Shown here: positions 17,624 through 27,155 of the stretch, one piece after another
Layout of the letters: the number at the start of each line of letters is the position of its first letter
How positions within the stretch are numbered: the first letter of the stretch is position 1
Source: a virus
Taxonomy: Duplodnaviria > Caudoviricetes
Virus record (IMG/VR): IMGVR_UViG_3300032301_000859
Span: 1,306 to 65,305 of that record
Strand: one strand, 5' to 3'
Length of the DNA: 64,000 nt
Notes under the pieces: model-generated
What the model saw: the letters and a program-made list of their open reading frames with translations, nothing else
Told to the model about the DNA's origin: nothing
Database searches by the model: none
Translations under genes and position numbers: made by a program

Positions 17624-18796
17624 ATGCCCACAGCCAACATCATGCCCACCTACTACAGAGTAACCTGGAACGGTGCGTCACCCACTGACTACAATGCGCT
17701 CACTCTCAATCAGGCAGGTGGGTTAGACAACTGCGCACCTGAAAAGTATTTGAGGATCACCAAAGCTGTGGGCAGTCAGGCAGCCGCCGCCGTGGCTGAT
17801 CTGGACACCATCCAGATAAATGGTGTCACCATCCAGTTCACAACAGCTGGTGGCGTAAACCTAGCAGGTATTATCAGCACCATAAATGCTGCACAAAGTG
17901 AGACCCAAGTGTTGGCTGTGGAATCCCCCAGCACATACCTAACATTGATAAATGCAGCAGGATGGGAAGGTTATCCTATTACACTAGTGGATGTGACAGG
18001 TGGAGTGGTGGTCACCAAACTGGGTCTTGCAGAAACCACATACACAACAGGCTTGTTCCAACAAGGTGGTTCACTCACACTGCCACTCACCAATCTGGAC
18101 AATGTGAAGATAAATGGTGTTACAATCACATTTGTGACTGGTGCCCTCAATGAGGTAGGTGTTGTGGCCACTATTAACGCAAGCACCATGCTCACAGGTG
18201 TCACAGCTCAAAGTGCAGGTGTGGGTATTGCACTAATCAGCGTGAACGGCCAGCCCTTTACCCTGAGTGCAGGCACAACAGCAGGCACATGGGGCAACCT
18301 GGGTTTCACAGTGGGTAACAAGGGTGGCAGCATTGTGTCCAGTGTGGACAATTTGACCCTTGCACAGAGCCTGGACAAAGAGCGTGCAACCATGAGATGG
18401 GATGCAGTGGTGTTTGAACTGGGTTGGTTGATCAGCCCCATCATGCTGGCAGAGATTTACAAGACTGGCAACCTGAATGGCACAGCACCTGTGTCAACCT
18501 TGGCCTTCACAGTGGGTTACGACAGACCAGCCTACCTGAGCACAGAAGATGAACTCAACGCCGGGGTCCAGCTCACAGGCGCAGCTTGCATCAAGAGATT
18601 GATTGCCAGAGCACTCACTCAAAGTTATGTGGGCAATCAGGAAATATTTGATCCCACACTCACCAGCGTGGGGAACACCTGTGTGAGAGTGAACCCATTG
18701 CAGATCTTGAGTGTGACCTCAGCAGCACTGGATGCAGTGGCAGATATTGTCACCGTGGAAGCCAACATAACTGTCACACAAATCAACAACGTGTGA
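17624..18796 (+). CDS. Putative virion structural protein
   Basis: Thr/Gly/Ala-rich; duplicated I.INGVTI.F module; ATAAATA box and AAGGAG SD. Confidence 0.65.
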   Translation: MPTANIMPTYYRVTWNGASPTDYNALTLNQAGGLDNCAPEKYLRITKAVGSQAAAAVADLDTIQINGVTIQFTTAGGVNLAGIISTINAAQSETQVLAVESPSTYLTLINAAGWEGYPITLVDVTGGVVVTKLGLAETTYTTGLFQQGGSLTLPLTNLDNVKINGVTITFVTGALNEVGVVATINASTMLTGVTAQSAGVGIALISVNGQPFTLSAGTTAGTWGNLGFTVGNKGGSIVSSVDNLTLAQSLDKERATMRWDAVVFELGWLISPIMLAEIYKTGNLNGTAPVSTLAFTVGYDRPAYLSTEDELNAGVQLTGAACIKRLIARALTQSYVGNQEIFDPTLTSVGNTCVRVNPLQILSVTSAALDAVADIVTVEANITVTQINNV

Positions 18797-18824
18797 TTGA
18801 CTGAACACACAATCAGGTTAAACT
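18797..18824 (+). promoter_or_regulatory. sigma70-type promoter, 16-bp spacer (clpX)
   Basis: TTGACT-16-TAAACT. Confidence 0.55.
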
Positions 18825-18860
18825 TGTGGAACGCAAACAGATAAAATATTTTCAACTCAT

Positions 18861-20120
18861 GTGCTCCACAAGGAACCTTATCTTTTGACAGCCAACATCA
18901 AAATCTTACACACATGCAGTTTTTGTGGAAAAAATCAAACACAGGTCAAAACACTTGTGAGCGGTAACGGTGCATTCATTTGTAATGAATGTGTGGAACT
19001 TTGTTTGGAAGCAATAGTACCCAAAGCAAATGCGTCGCCAGCCACCAAAACCATATCTTGGACTCCGCCACAGATAGTTAAACATCTGGACGCACATGTG
19101 ATTGGCCAAAACCATGCCAAGAAGATCCTGAGTGTGGCCATATATAACCACCTTAAGAGAATTGAACATCCAGAAGTGGACGGTGTGCAAATTGATAAAA
19201 GCAATGTGCTCATGATTGGTTCATCAGGTGTGGGTAAAACTCACATGGTGAGTGCATTGGCTAAGATTTTACAAGTTCCGTTTGCTGTGGTGGATGCAAC
19301 CAGTCTGAGTCAGACTGGGTATGTGGGCTTAGACCCTGAGGAATGTTTGGTGCGTCTGTATCAGAGTGCAGAACAAGATCTGGCCAGGGCCCAACAAGGT
19401 ATCATTTTTATTGACGAAATTGATAAGATTGGTCGCAAGAGCGGTGAGAATGTGAGCACCACCCGTGATGTGAGCGGTGAGGGCGTGCAACAGGCATTGC
19501 TAAAGATTATAGAAGGCAATGATGTGAAATTCTCACCAGCAGGTGGTCGTAAGAACCCCAACGGAGAATTTGTCACCATGAACACCCGGAATGTGTTGTT
19601 CATCTTGGGCGGTGCATTTGATGGTTTAACTTCCATTATTGGTCACCGCATTAAAGACAAAACTGCACAAGTGGGCTTCAATGCACAAGTACAAGACAAA
19701 GAGTCAGAACTAGAACACCAACAATTGCTACCCCAAGTGGACACAGAAGACCTTATTTCTTTTGGTATGATTCCTGAGCTAATTGGTCGTGTGCCTGTGA
19801 TCCTGCCTTTTGAAAATTTGGATGTGCACATGCTTAAACGCATATTGGTGGAACCACAGAATGCAATTGTCAAACAATTTCAAGCCATGTTCAAGCTGGA
19901 AGGAATTCATTTGGAAGTTCTGGAGGATGCGCAAACTGAAATTGCCCAACAAGTGCTGCGCACAAAGACTGGTGCTCGTGGCTTGCGGCGAGTCATGGAG
20001 CGCATACTCACAGACAGTCTGTATGAAGTTCATGAGCTCAAAGCCAAGTTGGTGCGGGAAATCCATATCACACCAGAATGCGTGACACAAAACCAATCTC
20101 CACATTATGTGATTGACTAA
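18861..20120 (+). CDS. clpX: ATP-dependent Clp protease ATP-binding subunit ClpX (start possibly TTG ~18885)
   Basis: C4 Zn finger CSFCGK..ICNECV, Walker A GSSGVGKT, FIDEIDKI, RDVSGEGVQQALLK, VGF loop, TGARGLR. Confidence 0.96.
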   Translation: MLHKEPYLLTANIKILHTCSFCGKNQTQVKTLVSGNGAFICNECVELCLEAIVPKANASPATKTISWTPPQIVKHLDAHVIGQNHAKKILSVAIYNHLKRIEHPEVDGVQIDKSNVLMIGSSGVGKTHMVSALAKILQVPFAVVDATSLSQTGYVGLDPEECLVRLYQSAEQDLARAQQGIIFIDEIDKIGRKSGENVSTTRDVSGEGVQQALLKIIEGNDVKFSPAGGRKNPNGEFVTMNTRNVLFILGGAFDGLTSIIGHRIKDKTAQVGFNAQVQDKESELEHQQLLPQVDTEDLISFGMIPELIGRVPVILPFENLDVHMLKRILVEPQNAIVKQFQAMFKLEGIHLEVLEDAQTEIAQQVLRTKTGARGLRRVMERILTDSLYEVHELKAKLVREIHITPECVTQNQSPHYVID

Positions 20121-20172
20121 AGAAAAAACACATGCATAATACAAATTATATAAAAAGGATACCAAACTGAAC

Positions 20173-20688
20173 ATGTCATCAACTCATACCCTGGCTAATG
20201 AACGCATTCGAGTGCCGCAAGTGCGCTTGATTGACCATAGGGGCGAAAACGTGGGAGTGGTTTCCACTAGGGACGCCCTTCACCAAGCCAGGCAACATGG
20301 TTTAGATCTTGTGGCTATCAACACTCAAACTCAGCCCATGGTGGCCAAGATTGTGGAACTCAACAAGTGGCTGTATGAGCAAAAACTTGCAGAAAAAGCC
20401 AGGCTCAAAAAAAGTCGTGAGAATGAGATCCACATCAAAGAAGTACAGATGCGACCTGTGACTGATGATCATGATATTGAGACCAAAGCACGCATGGCTC
20501 GTGGTTTTCTGGACACCAATTGTAAGGTGAAAGTGGTTATCAAATTCCGTGGGCGTGAAATGAGTCATCGTGATCTGGGTGAACAAGTTATGATCAAGTT
20601 TTTGGGTCTTGTGGGTGAACATCGTCAAGAACGTGTGCCTCAGCATCAGGGCAACACCTACAGTGTGTTGTTGATGCCTATCAAATGA
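20173..20688 (+). CDS. infC: Translation initiation factor IF-3
   Basis: NERIR..QVRLID, GLDLV, IKEVQMRP, KVKVVIKFRGRE. Confidence 0.93.
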   Translation: MSSTHTLANERIRVPQVRLIDHRGENVGVVSTRDALHQARQHGLDLVAINTQTQPMVAKIVELNKWLYEQKLAEKARLKKSRENEIHIKEVQMRPVTDDHDIETKARMARGFLDTNCKVKVVIKFRGREMSHRDLGEQVMIKFLGLVGEHRQERVPQHQGNTYSVLLMPIK

Positions 20689-20742
20689 GCAGACTGTGTG
20701 TGGCCATGATCCATTCATGGCCACACACATCTAAATATGTGC

Positions 20743-21294
20743 ATGACAGCACAACGTATATATTACCACGCCACATTTGATTTGATAACCAAATTTTGGC
20801 CTCTCACCCACTTTGGTACCTATAAATCAGCAATCAGTCGTATAATTGATGTACTGGATGACGTGCATGACGATGCAAGTCCTTTTTATGACAGAGATGT
20901 GTTGTTGTATCCAGTTAGGTTGAACATACAGAACCCCCTCAAGACCATAGACTTGTATAATGAACGTCCATATGTGGTTCCAGAAGTGGCGTCATATGTA
21001 TTGAACAAGTACAAAAAATTCATGGATGCAGAACAAAAAGACGCCTGGTATAAATTGTTAAATGTGACCACCACTCCCAAAAATACAAAAAAGTTGGCAG
21101 AAATCCTGGAAAGCATGGGTGTGGATGGTTTGACATATCGTAACAAAGTGGAAGATCCTGGGCATTACAGCATGATCAACTTGCATTCCAACCAAGTATC
21201 CATCATGGGCAAGCCCCTAACAATTCCAGCCAAAGAGCTTTATAAAATGCCAAAACGGGCTATTTGGGAATCTGATGCACGTCCCAACAACTAG
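20743..21294 (+). CDS. ADP-ribosyltransferase-fold (polyvalent-protein type) candidate
   Basis: YYHAT...HFGT, YPVRLNIQNPL, GVDGLTYRNKVE..S.I.L.SNQV. Confidence 0.5.
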   Translation: MTAQRIYYHATFDLITKFWPLTHFGTYKSAISRIIDVLDDVHDDASPFYDRDVLLYPVRLNIQNPLKTIDLYNERPYVVPEVASYVLNKYKKFMDAEQKDAWYKLLNVTTTPKNTKKLAEILESMGVDGLTYRNKVEDPGHYSMINLHSNQVSIMGKPLTIPAKELYKMPKRAIWESDARPNN

Positions 21295-21548
21295 GAACCA
21301 GGGCTTTTGTAACATAATGCAATCCTGAATCACATCAAGGATCAACCAGGTACAGTATTTGAAATGTGGCATGCACACATTCTGGACACCACCTTTTTCC
21401 CCAAACATGTGCATGTACCCCAAAGGGGATTTTACACCTGGCCTGCTCACAGATATACACATATATGTGCATGACGTCTGAATAGTTGTTGACTATGATC
21501 ACGGTATATCACACACTCCAAGTGTGATAGTTAAGGGATAATCACAAT

Positions 21549-21776
21549 ATGGAAGATCAGTTTAATCACGGTAAAAAAGGGTTGTATGTACGAGTACTTA
21601 ACAACAACCTGGAAGGCGCAATGAGCAAGCTCAAAAAGCTTATTCAGACTGAAGGCGTCACAAAAGAGTTGCGTAAGCGTAGATACTATGAAAAACCTAC
21701 CACTAAGCGTCGTAGACAACAAGCAGAAGCCAAGATCCGGTGGTTGCGAAAGAAAAGCACACTAGATTTGTGGTGA
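21549..21776 (+). CDS. rpsU: Ribosomal protein bS21
   Basis: V.V.NNNLEGAM.KLKK...EGV.KELRKRRYYEKP..KRRR. Confidence 0.9.
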   Translation: MEDQFNHGKKGLYVRVLNNNLEGAMSKLKKLIQTEGVTKELRKRRYYEKPTTKRRRQQAEAKIRWLRKKSTLDLW

Positions 21777-21777
21777 A

Positions 21778-21895
21778 TCACAGAGAGTGATCACATTCGC
21801 CGACCATGGGAATGTGGAGTTTGGGGCTGCCTGATAATCTTCAAGGAAGGGGGGCTGTGACTTTGTCATAACAATGCGGGCCCAAACCTCTGTGA
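21778..21895 (+). ncRNA. Candidate ~120-nt multi-helix RNA
   Basis: End-to-end stem TCACAGAG/CTCTGTGA; CACATTC/GAATGTG; GTTTGGG/CCCAAAC; further short hairpins. Confidence 0.5.
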
Positions 21896-21897
21896 AT

Positions 21898-21930
21898 AGG
21901 CGACTGGATTTTATATTCAGTCGCCTTTTC
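21898..21930 (+). terminator. Intrinsic terminator
   Basis: AGGCGACTG...CAGTCGCCT-TTT. Confidence 0.8.
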
Positions 21931-21985
21931 TGTGACACAAACTTGAGAAGTTCCCCGGATTCTCCAAGAGTTTAAAATAATGGAC

Positions 21986-22015
21986 TTGACATATTGGAAG
22001 AGTTCTGTATAAATA
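21986..22015 (+). promoter_or_regulatory. Composite hsp20 promoter
   Basis: TTGACA-16-TATAAA, overlapping TAAATA at 22010-22015. Confidence 0.65.
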
Positions 22016-22020
22016 TTCAT

Positions 22021-22103
22021 GGTAGGAAATTTTTTCCCACTACATGGATGCCTATGTAGGGTCCATGATTAAAAATCTCGCTTTAGAAAGGAGACCTTAA
22101 ATG
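22021..22103 (+). promoter_or_regulatory. ROSE-like RNA thermometer candidate in the hsp20 leader
   Basis: ATGGA-CCT/AGG-TCCAT hairpin, then TCTC-G-CTT..AAG-GAGA with UCGCU over the SD. Confidence 0.65.
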
Positions 22104-22568
22104 CGTAATGCAACTTTATCTCTCAACACTTATCTGGATGACGTACTGCGCGATCTAAATCGTGTGGCAGTGGGCTACGAACCCACCATGCGCATGCTGG
22201 ACACACTGCGTCATAACCCTAACCAGGGATTTCCTCCATACGACTTGGAAAAGGTTAGCGATACAGAATATCGTCTCAGTATGGCAGTGGCTGGATACAG
22301 TGCTGAAAACTTGGAAATTGTGGAACATGACGGTGTGCTCACAATCACAGGTAAAGTGACTAGTGAACCATTGGGTACATACCTGTACAAGGGTATTGCT
22401 GGCCGCTCATTCAAGCGCAGCTTCTACATGGATCAGTATGTGTATGTGAAGGACAGTCAGCTAGCTAACGGTGTACTCACAATCAATTTTGTGAAGGAAG
22501 TGCCTGATGCACTAAAGCCTCGTAAGATTGAAATTGGCACATCTGCAGCACCCACTATTGAAGGCTGA
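22101..22568 (+). CDS. hsp20: Small heat-shock protein (Hsp20/IbpA-like)
   Basis: FPPYDL, Y.L.MAVAG, YLYKGIA.RSFKRSF, L.NGVL.I, PRKIEI. Confidence 0.95.
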   Translation: MRNATLSLNTYLDDVLRDLNRVAVGYEPTMRMLDTLRHNPNQGFPPYDLEKVSDTEYRLSMAVAGYSAENLEIVEHDGVLTITGKVTSEPLGTYLYKGIAGRSFKRSFYMDQYVYVKDSQLANGVLTINFVKEVPDALKPRKIEIGTSAAPTIEG

Positions 22569-22589
22569 TTGTTAATTTATTCTGCAAGG

Positions 22590-22619
22590 AAAGGGCGGAT
22601 TTCTCCGCCCTTTCTGTTT
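22590..22619 (+). terminator. Intrinsic terminator
   Basis: AAAGGGCGGA-tttc-TCCGCCCTTT-ctgttt. Confidence 0.85.
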
Positions 22620-22711
22620 GACTGTGGGATCAAATAGTTTAATATTGTTTACACACTTACAAAAAATGGTGTGAAAATACATCATTTAATTTTCATTAAT
22701 TGGAATTTTTT

Positions 22712-23236
22712 ATGAAAATCATTAACATATTCAGCGGTCCTGGTTCAGGTAAAAGTACTACCGCCGCAGGCCTATTTTATCAGATGAAATGCTTGGGTTT
22801 AGAGGTTGAGCTTGTCACAGAATATGCAAAAGACATGGTTTGGGAACACAGACACAATATTCTGGAAGATCAAATATACATCTTTGCTAAACAACAACGT
22901 AGGATTTCCAGGCTGCGTGAACACAAAATGGACTGGGTGATCACAGACAGTCCCATTCCATTGGGATTATGTTACATGAAAGCTGAACAACAGAATCTTG
23001 CTTTCACACAAGTGGTCATGCATGTGTTTAACAGTTATGAAAATCATAACTTCTACTTGAAGCGCAATGTGGAATACAATCCCAATGGACGTAATCAAAA
23101 AAATGTGAGTGAGGCTCAAGATGTGGACGATAAATTGGTGCACATGCTCACACAAAATCATATCACATGTGATCTGATCCAGGGCGGTGAACATGCAGTG
23201 AGGAATATACTTGCATGTTTGCAAATAGTCAAGTAA
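22712..23236 (+). CDS. P-loop NTPase (NadR/Ttd14-type AAA_28-like kinase)
   Basis: GPGSGKST; VITDSP; RNQ. Confidence 0.8.
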   Translation: MKIINIFSGPGSGKSTTAAGLFYQMKCLGLEVELVTEYAKDMVWEHRHNILEDQIYIFAKQQRRISRLREHKMDWVITDSPIPLGLCYMKAEQQNLAFTQVVMHVFNSYENHNFYLKRNVEYNPNGRNQKNVSEAQDVDDKLVHMLTQNHITCDLIQGGEHAVRNILACLQIVK

Positions 23237-23251
23237 ACTTATATAACACAC

Positions 23252-23596
23252 ATGATTCAGGATCTCATATGTACCATGACTGAACAAACTGAAGTGGTCT
23301 CAGACAACCACACACAAACCACACATAAACCACCCAGCATGTGGGATGTGGTGTTTTATAACGACAACAAGACTTTTTATGAATTTGTGATTTTGGTTCT
23401 CATGCAATTGTTTGGGAAAAGTTATGAACAGGCAGCAGAACTCACCAAACAAATACATGACGAAGGAAAGCGTCCCGTGGCCACATACACATATGAAATT
23501 GCACAAAGCAAGAAGGATGAAACCGTCACATTGGCTAGAGCCAATGGGCATCCACTGCGTGTGGAACTTGAACCACAGGGAAATGTAAATGCTTAA
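23252..23596 (+). CDS. clpS: ClpS N-degron adaptor
   Basis: V..YND..T..EFV..VL..LF....A..L...IH.EG; ARANGHPL. Confidence 0.88.
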   Translation: MIQDLICTMTEQTEVVSDNHTQTTHKPPSMWDVVFYNDNKTFYEFVILVLMQLFGKSYEQAAELTKQIHDEGKRPVATYTYEIAQSKKDETVTLARANGHPLRVELEPQGNVNA

Positions 23597-24098
23597 TTTA
23601 AAGGGTTGGCGCACACACCCACAAGCTGTGCCCATACAACGAGCTACCCAAGGGAGTGCATGTTGGGATGTGAGTGCTTGTTTGATATCTGATCAAAAAG
23701 TTAATGTGATCACAAGCTGGAACGAAAGTATTGCCAGGAGCATACAAGAAGGTCGGTTGACATTATTTTCTGGAGAACGAGCACTAATACCATCAGGTTG
23801 GATCTTTGATATTCCCCACACACACAGTATGAGGTTGCACCCAAGGAGTGGACTGGCTTGGAAACAAGGCATTAGCTTGGCCAATGCAGAAGGTGTAATT
23901 GATGCAGACTATATTCAAGAGACCTTTGTGTGTGTTTTAAACATGACAGACGTGTCACATGTTATTAAACACGGTGATCGTATTGCACAACTTGAGTTGG
24001 TGCCTGTGTGGGATCTGCGATTTGAAGAAGTTGATGTAGCTCCCAGTCAAAAAACAGATAGACAAGGCGGGTTCGGTAGCACAGGTGTGAATACATGA
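23589..24098 (+). CDS. dut: Trimeric dUTPase
   Basis: GSACWD, PRSGLA, GVIDADY, GDRIAQL, RQGGFGSTG. Confidence 0.95.
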   Translation: MLNLKGWRTHPQAVPIQRATQGSACWDVSACLISDQKVNVITSWNESIARSIQEGRLTLFSGERALIPSGWIFDIPHTHSMRLHPRSGLAWKQGISLANAEGVIDADYIQETFVCVLNMTDVSHVIKHGDRIAQLELVPVWDLRFEEVDVAPSQKTDRQGGFGSTGVNT

Positions 24099-24358
24099 AA
24101 TTATACATGTTGATTGCATGTGGCATGATATTAACTGCTTGTGCAGCACCAGGCCATGCTTACTATACACAACCACACACATACACATATAAACCTGACA
24201 TATATTATTACCATGCTCCCAGAACTTATGTGCCACCACCAGTCGTGATTGTTCCCAGATACAGTTATCCGCGCTACAATCGCCCCATTTATCCACGACA
24301 CAATTACCAACGCCCATCTTACCCCCATCGGTACTATAACAATTATAGGAGATATTGA
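24095..24358 (+). CDS. Tyr/Pro/Arg-rich putative lipoprotein
   Basis: Lipobox-like LTAC after a hydrophobic stretch; low-complexity YP repeats. Confidence 0.55.
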   Translation: MKLYMLIACGMILTACAAPGHAYYTQPHTYTYKPDIYYYHAPRTYVPPPVVIVPRYSYPRYNRPIYPRHNYQRPSYPHRYYNNYRRY

Positions 24359-24732
24359 TCATGTTACCATATGCTGAACAGTTTTTAACTCACGCTCAGA
24401 GCAATCAATGGTTCCTGAGATTTTTTGTGGATGCCAATGATCTGACCCATTATCCAGAAAAGCAGGTTCACATGGAATGGTTTGAACAGCAAGGATTGCA
24501 GCTTACCCAGGTGAGAACTCATGAATTTGATTTGAACGAAACCAACTTTTATCATGTGAATTTTGCAAGTGCTCAAGATGCCAGACTAACTGCTTATTCT
24601 GCAAAGTTTGAAACATTTGAGGGTCTCAGCACGCAGCCTGACATCTATCAGCTTTATGAATGGAGTTATACTGATTGGTGTGATCAAGGGTTGAAACAAG
24701 CATGGGAAAGCCGCCAGGCAACCTCTGCTTGA
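24355..24732 (+). CDS. Hypothetical protein
   Basis: 125-aa ORF coupled to the upstream gene. Confidence 0.65.
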   Translation: MIMLPYAEQFLTHAQSNQWFLRFFVDANDLTHYPEKQVHMEWFEQQGLQLTQVRTHEFDLNETNFYHVNFASAQDARLTAYSAKFETFEGLSTQPDIYQLYEWSYTDWCDQGLKQAWESRQATSA

Positions 24733-24887
24733 CAATCTGATCCACCGCGCCATTGTGGGTTAACAGAACAATACACAGTTTGAGCTTGAATACATGTGTG
24801 AGACTGTTTGACAACACTATTATTTCATGTTAGCCCCAGTTTGCTCGTTTGTGCTGATGAATTACTTTATCAAAGGAGTTTAGGCAA

Positions 24888-25160
24888 ATGTTGATTCATG
24901 AAGATGATATCTACGCCATAAACGGTAATGGCTATCTGGACATGGATGCCATCCTGGAATGGAATCTTCCAGCAGCTGAGGTAGAATTGGCTGCTCTACG
25001 TTTGATTGCCAGGGCAAACAGTTTGGAAAACCAATCTAAACAATTGCGAGGTAATGCAAACATCTCACAATCCGCATTTCTTCACATGCAGGCCAATATC
25101 TGGCGGGCCGCAGCGTGCGTGGCTAACAGTAATACCGTGGTCAGATATTACAAGAATTGA
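24888..25160 (+). CDS. Hypothetical protein
   Basis: AAGGAG SD; 90 aa. Confidence 0.65.
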   Translation: MLIHEDDIYAINGNGYLDMDAILEWNLPAAEVELAALRLIARANSLENQSKQLRGNANISQSAFLHMQANIWRAAACVANSNTVVRYYKN

Positions 25161-25205
25161 TAGGACACAATAATTGTCAACATTACTGTTACACAAAGAT
25201 AGTCG

Positions 25206-25233
25206 TTGACACATGGTGAGACCATGCTATTAT
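25206..25233 (+). promoter_or_regulatory. sigma70-type promoter, 16-bp spacer
   Basis: TTGACA-16-TATTAT with CATGC. Confidence 0.7.
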
Positions 25234-25263
25234 GCTCACATACACAGCAAGGAGTCCAGTATC

Positions 25264-25560
25264 ATGAGTGTTGGCAAGTACAGCCCCACGGTGAGCACGT
25301 GGTATCGCAGGGATCAGAAGTGGCATGAACTCCACTGTGAACCTGATGCATGGATTGATCGAGATGGTTATGACAGCTATGGCTATCATCATGAAACTGG
25401 ACAGGATCGCGCAGGCCACACAGAGTGGGACTATCTGGGCGATGGTAAGTGGGTGGATGCTGGCACTCCTCATGAACAGTTTGTGTATGATCTCTACGAT
25501 AGTGTGGCCTGTGACTGGCGCAACTGTGCGTTCCCTTGGGAAAAACTGGTTGACGAGTGA
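25264..25560 (+). CDS. Hypothetical protein
   Basis: AAGGAG SD; DGYDSYGY motif. Confidence 0.7.
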   Translation: MSVGKYSPTVSTWYRRDQKWHELHCEPDAWIDRDGYDSYGYHHETGQDRAGHTEWDYLGDGKWVDAGTPHEQFVYDLYDSVACDWRNCAFPWEKLVDE

Positions 25561-25606
25561 ACTACTCACAACAGGTTAGCGCGACGAACTAATAAGGAAC
25601 CCTTCC

Positions 25607-27142
25607 ATGAACACAGTGCCTGCAATTTGGCCTTATCAGCAAGCTGAGCGTGTGCAAGACAGAATCACCCAGTTGGGCAAGACTCAGGCAGTGTTTGAAA
25701 CTGGGTATGGTCCCAGTGGATTGCCCCACCTGGGCACCTTTGCAGAAGTGGCCCGCACCACCTGGGTGCGCAAAGCATTTGAGAAGCTAACTCACATGCC
25801 CACTCAACTGATTGCATTTAGCGATGACATGGATGCACTCAGAAAGGTTCCCCAAAATGTTCCTCATCCAGAAATTCTTGAATCATATGTGGGTCGCAAG
25901 CTGAGTTCCATTCCTGATCCTTGGCAAACTCACAGCAGTTATGCAGCGCACAACAATGCAGAGCTAACAAAGTTTTTGGACCAGTATGGGTTTGAATATG
26001 AATTCCTGAGCAGTACCACATGCTATCAGACAGGCCAGTTCAATACAGGCCTTTTACGCATGGCTGCGTGTCATGATGAGATTTGTGATTTGGTGCGACC
26101 CACTCTCAAGCAAGAGCGCCGTAACACATACTCACCTTTCCTGCCCATCCACCCTGTGACAGGGGAAGTCATGCAGGTGAGAATCGAGAAAGTGCATGTG
26201 GAAGACCGTGTGTTGGTTTGGCAGGATCCCCACGACCTCACTTGGTATCAAACCCTGATCACAAATGGTGCTTGCAAGGCTCAATGGAAGGCAGACTGGG
26301 CGCTGCGCTGGTATGTGTTGGGTGTGGACTTTGAGATGAGTGGCAAGGATCTCATGGACAGTGTCACACTCAGCAGCAAGATTTGCAGAGTGCTGGGGGC
26401 TGAACCACCTGTGAGCATGACTTATGAATTGTTCCTGGATGAGGCAGGACACAAGATCAGCAAGAGTGTGGGCAATGGTGTGAGCATGACAGAATGGTTG
26501 CGTTATGCTCCTGCAGACAGTTTGTGTCAATTCCTGTTCCCTAATCCTGGTCGCGCTCGCCGTATTCAGGTCAGTCAGATTCCACAAACTGTGGATGAGT
26601 ATCTCTCAAATGTAAATCGTTTGGTGGAAAGTGAAGATGTCACGAACCCTGCCTATCATATTCTGGGTGATCGTGCACCACAGGCCACAGATGTGAGTTA
26701 TCAGATGATCTTGAATCTGGTGAGTGTGTTGAACACCACTTCCACACAAATGGTCCTGGAGTTCCTGCAACGATATCATGTGGATATCATACCAGATCAT
26801 GTGTTGACGGAATTGGTGCAGTGTGCTATTAACTATTTTGAAGACCACATGCTGCCCCACCGTGTGTTTGCAACTCCCACTCCTGCTCAAGCTGCGGCCA
26901 TTCTGGATTTAAGGAACATACTAGCCACACTGGACGAAAACAGTGCTGTGGATGAAATTCAATATCATGTGTTTGAAGTGGGCAAGGCACATGCATTTGA
27001 TCCACTACGTGACTGGTTTGCATGTCTGTATCAGGTGCTACTGGGTCAGCATCAGGGTCCCAGGTTTGGTGGATTTGTGCATTTGTATGGTGTGCAGAAC
27101 ACTGTGTGTCTTATGGATGCCAAGTTGTTAAACCATATTTGA
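25607..27142 (+). CDS. lysS: Class I lysyl-tRNA synthetase
   Basis: FETGYGPSGLPHLGTF (HIGH), FSDDMD.LRKVP, KAQWKADW, KISKSVGNG (KMSKS), GPRFG. Confidence 0.95.
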   Translation: MNTVPAIWPYQQAERVQDRITQLGKTQAVFETGYGPSGLPHLGTFAEVARTTWVRKAFEKLTHMPTQLIAFSDDMDALRKVPQNVPHPEILESYVGRKLSSIPDPWQTHSSYAAHNNAELTKFLDQYGFEYEFLSSTTCYQTGQFNTGLLRMAACHDEICDLVRPTLKQERRNTYSPFLPIHPVTGEVMQVRIEKVHVEDRVLVWQDPHDLTWYQTLITNGACKAQWKADWALRWYVLGVDFEMSGKDLMDSVTLSSKICRVLGAEPPVSMTYELFLDEAGHKISKSVGNGVSMTEWLRYAPADSLCQFLFPNPGRARRIQVSQIPQTVDEYLSNVNRLVESEDVTNPAYHILGDRAPQATDVSYQMILNLVSVLNTTSTQMVLEFLQRYHVDIIPDHVLTELVQCAINYFEDHMLPHRVFATPTPAQAAAILDLRNILATLDENSAVDEIQYHVFEVGKAHAFDPLRDWFACLYQVLLGQHQGPRFGGFVHLYGVQNTVCLMDAKLLNHI

Positions 27143-27155
27143 AGGAAACTTAATC

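Noticed and set aside
21217-21480. Small minus-strand Cys-rich ORF(s) between the ART-like gene and rpsU
   Set aside because: Two competing frames and no clear start signal; cannot choose or support either
21778-21895. 5S rRNA or SRP RNA
   Set aside because: Size and junction are similar, but the conserved 5S (CCGAAC, GAUGGUA) and SRP (CAGG/GGAA/AGCA) motifs are absent
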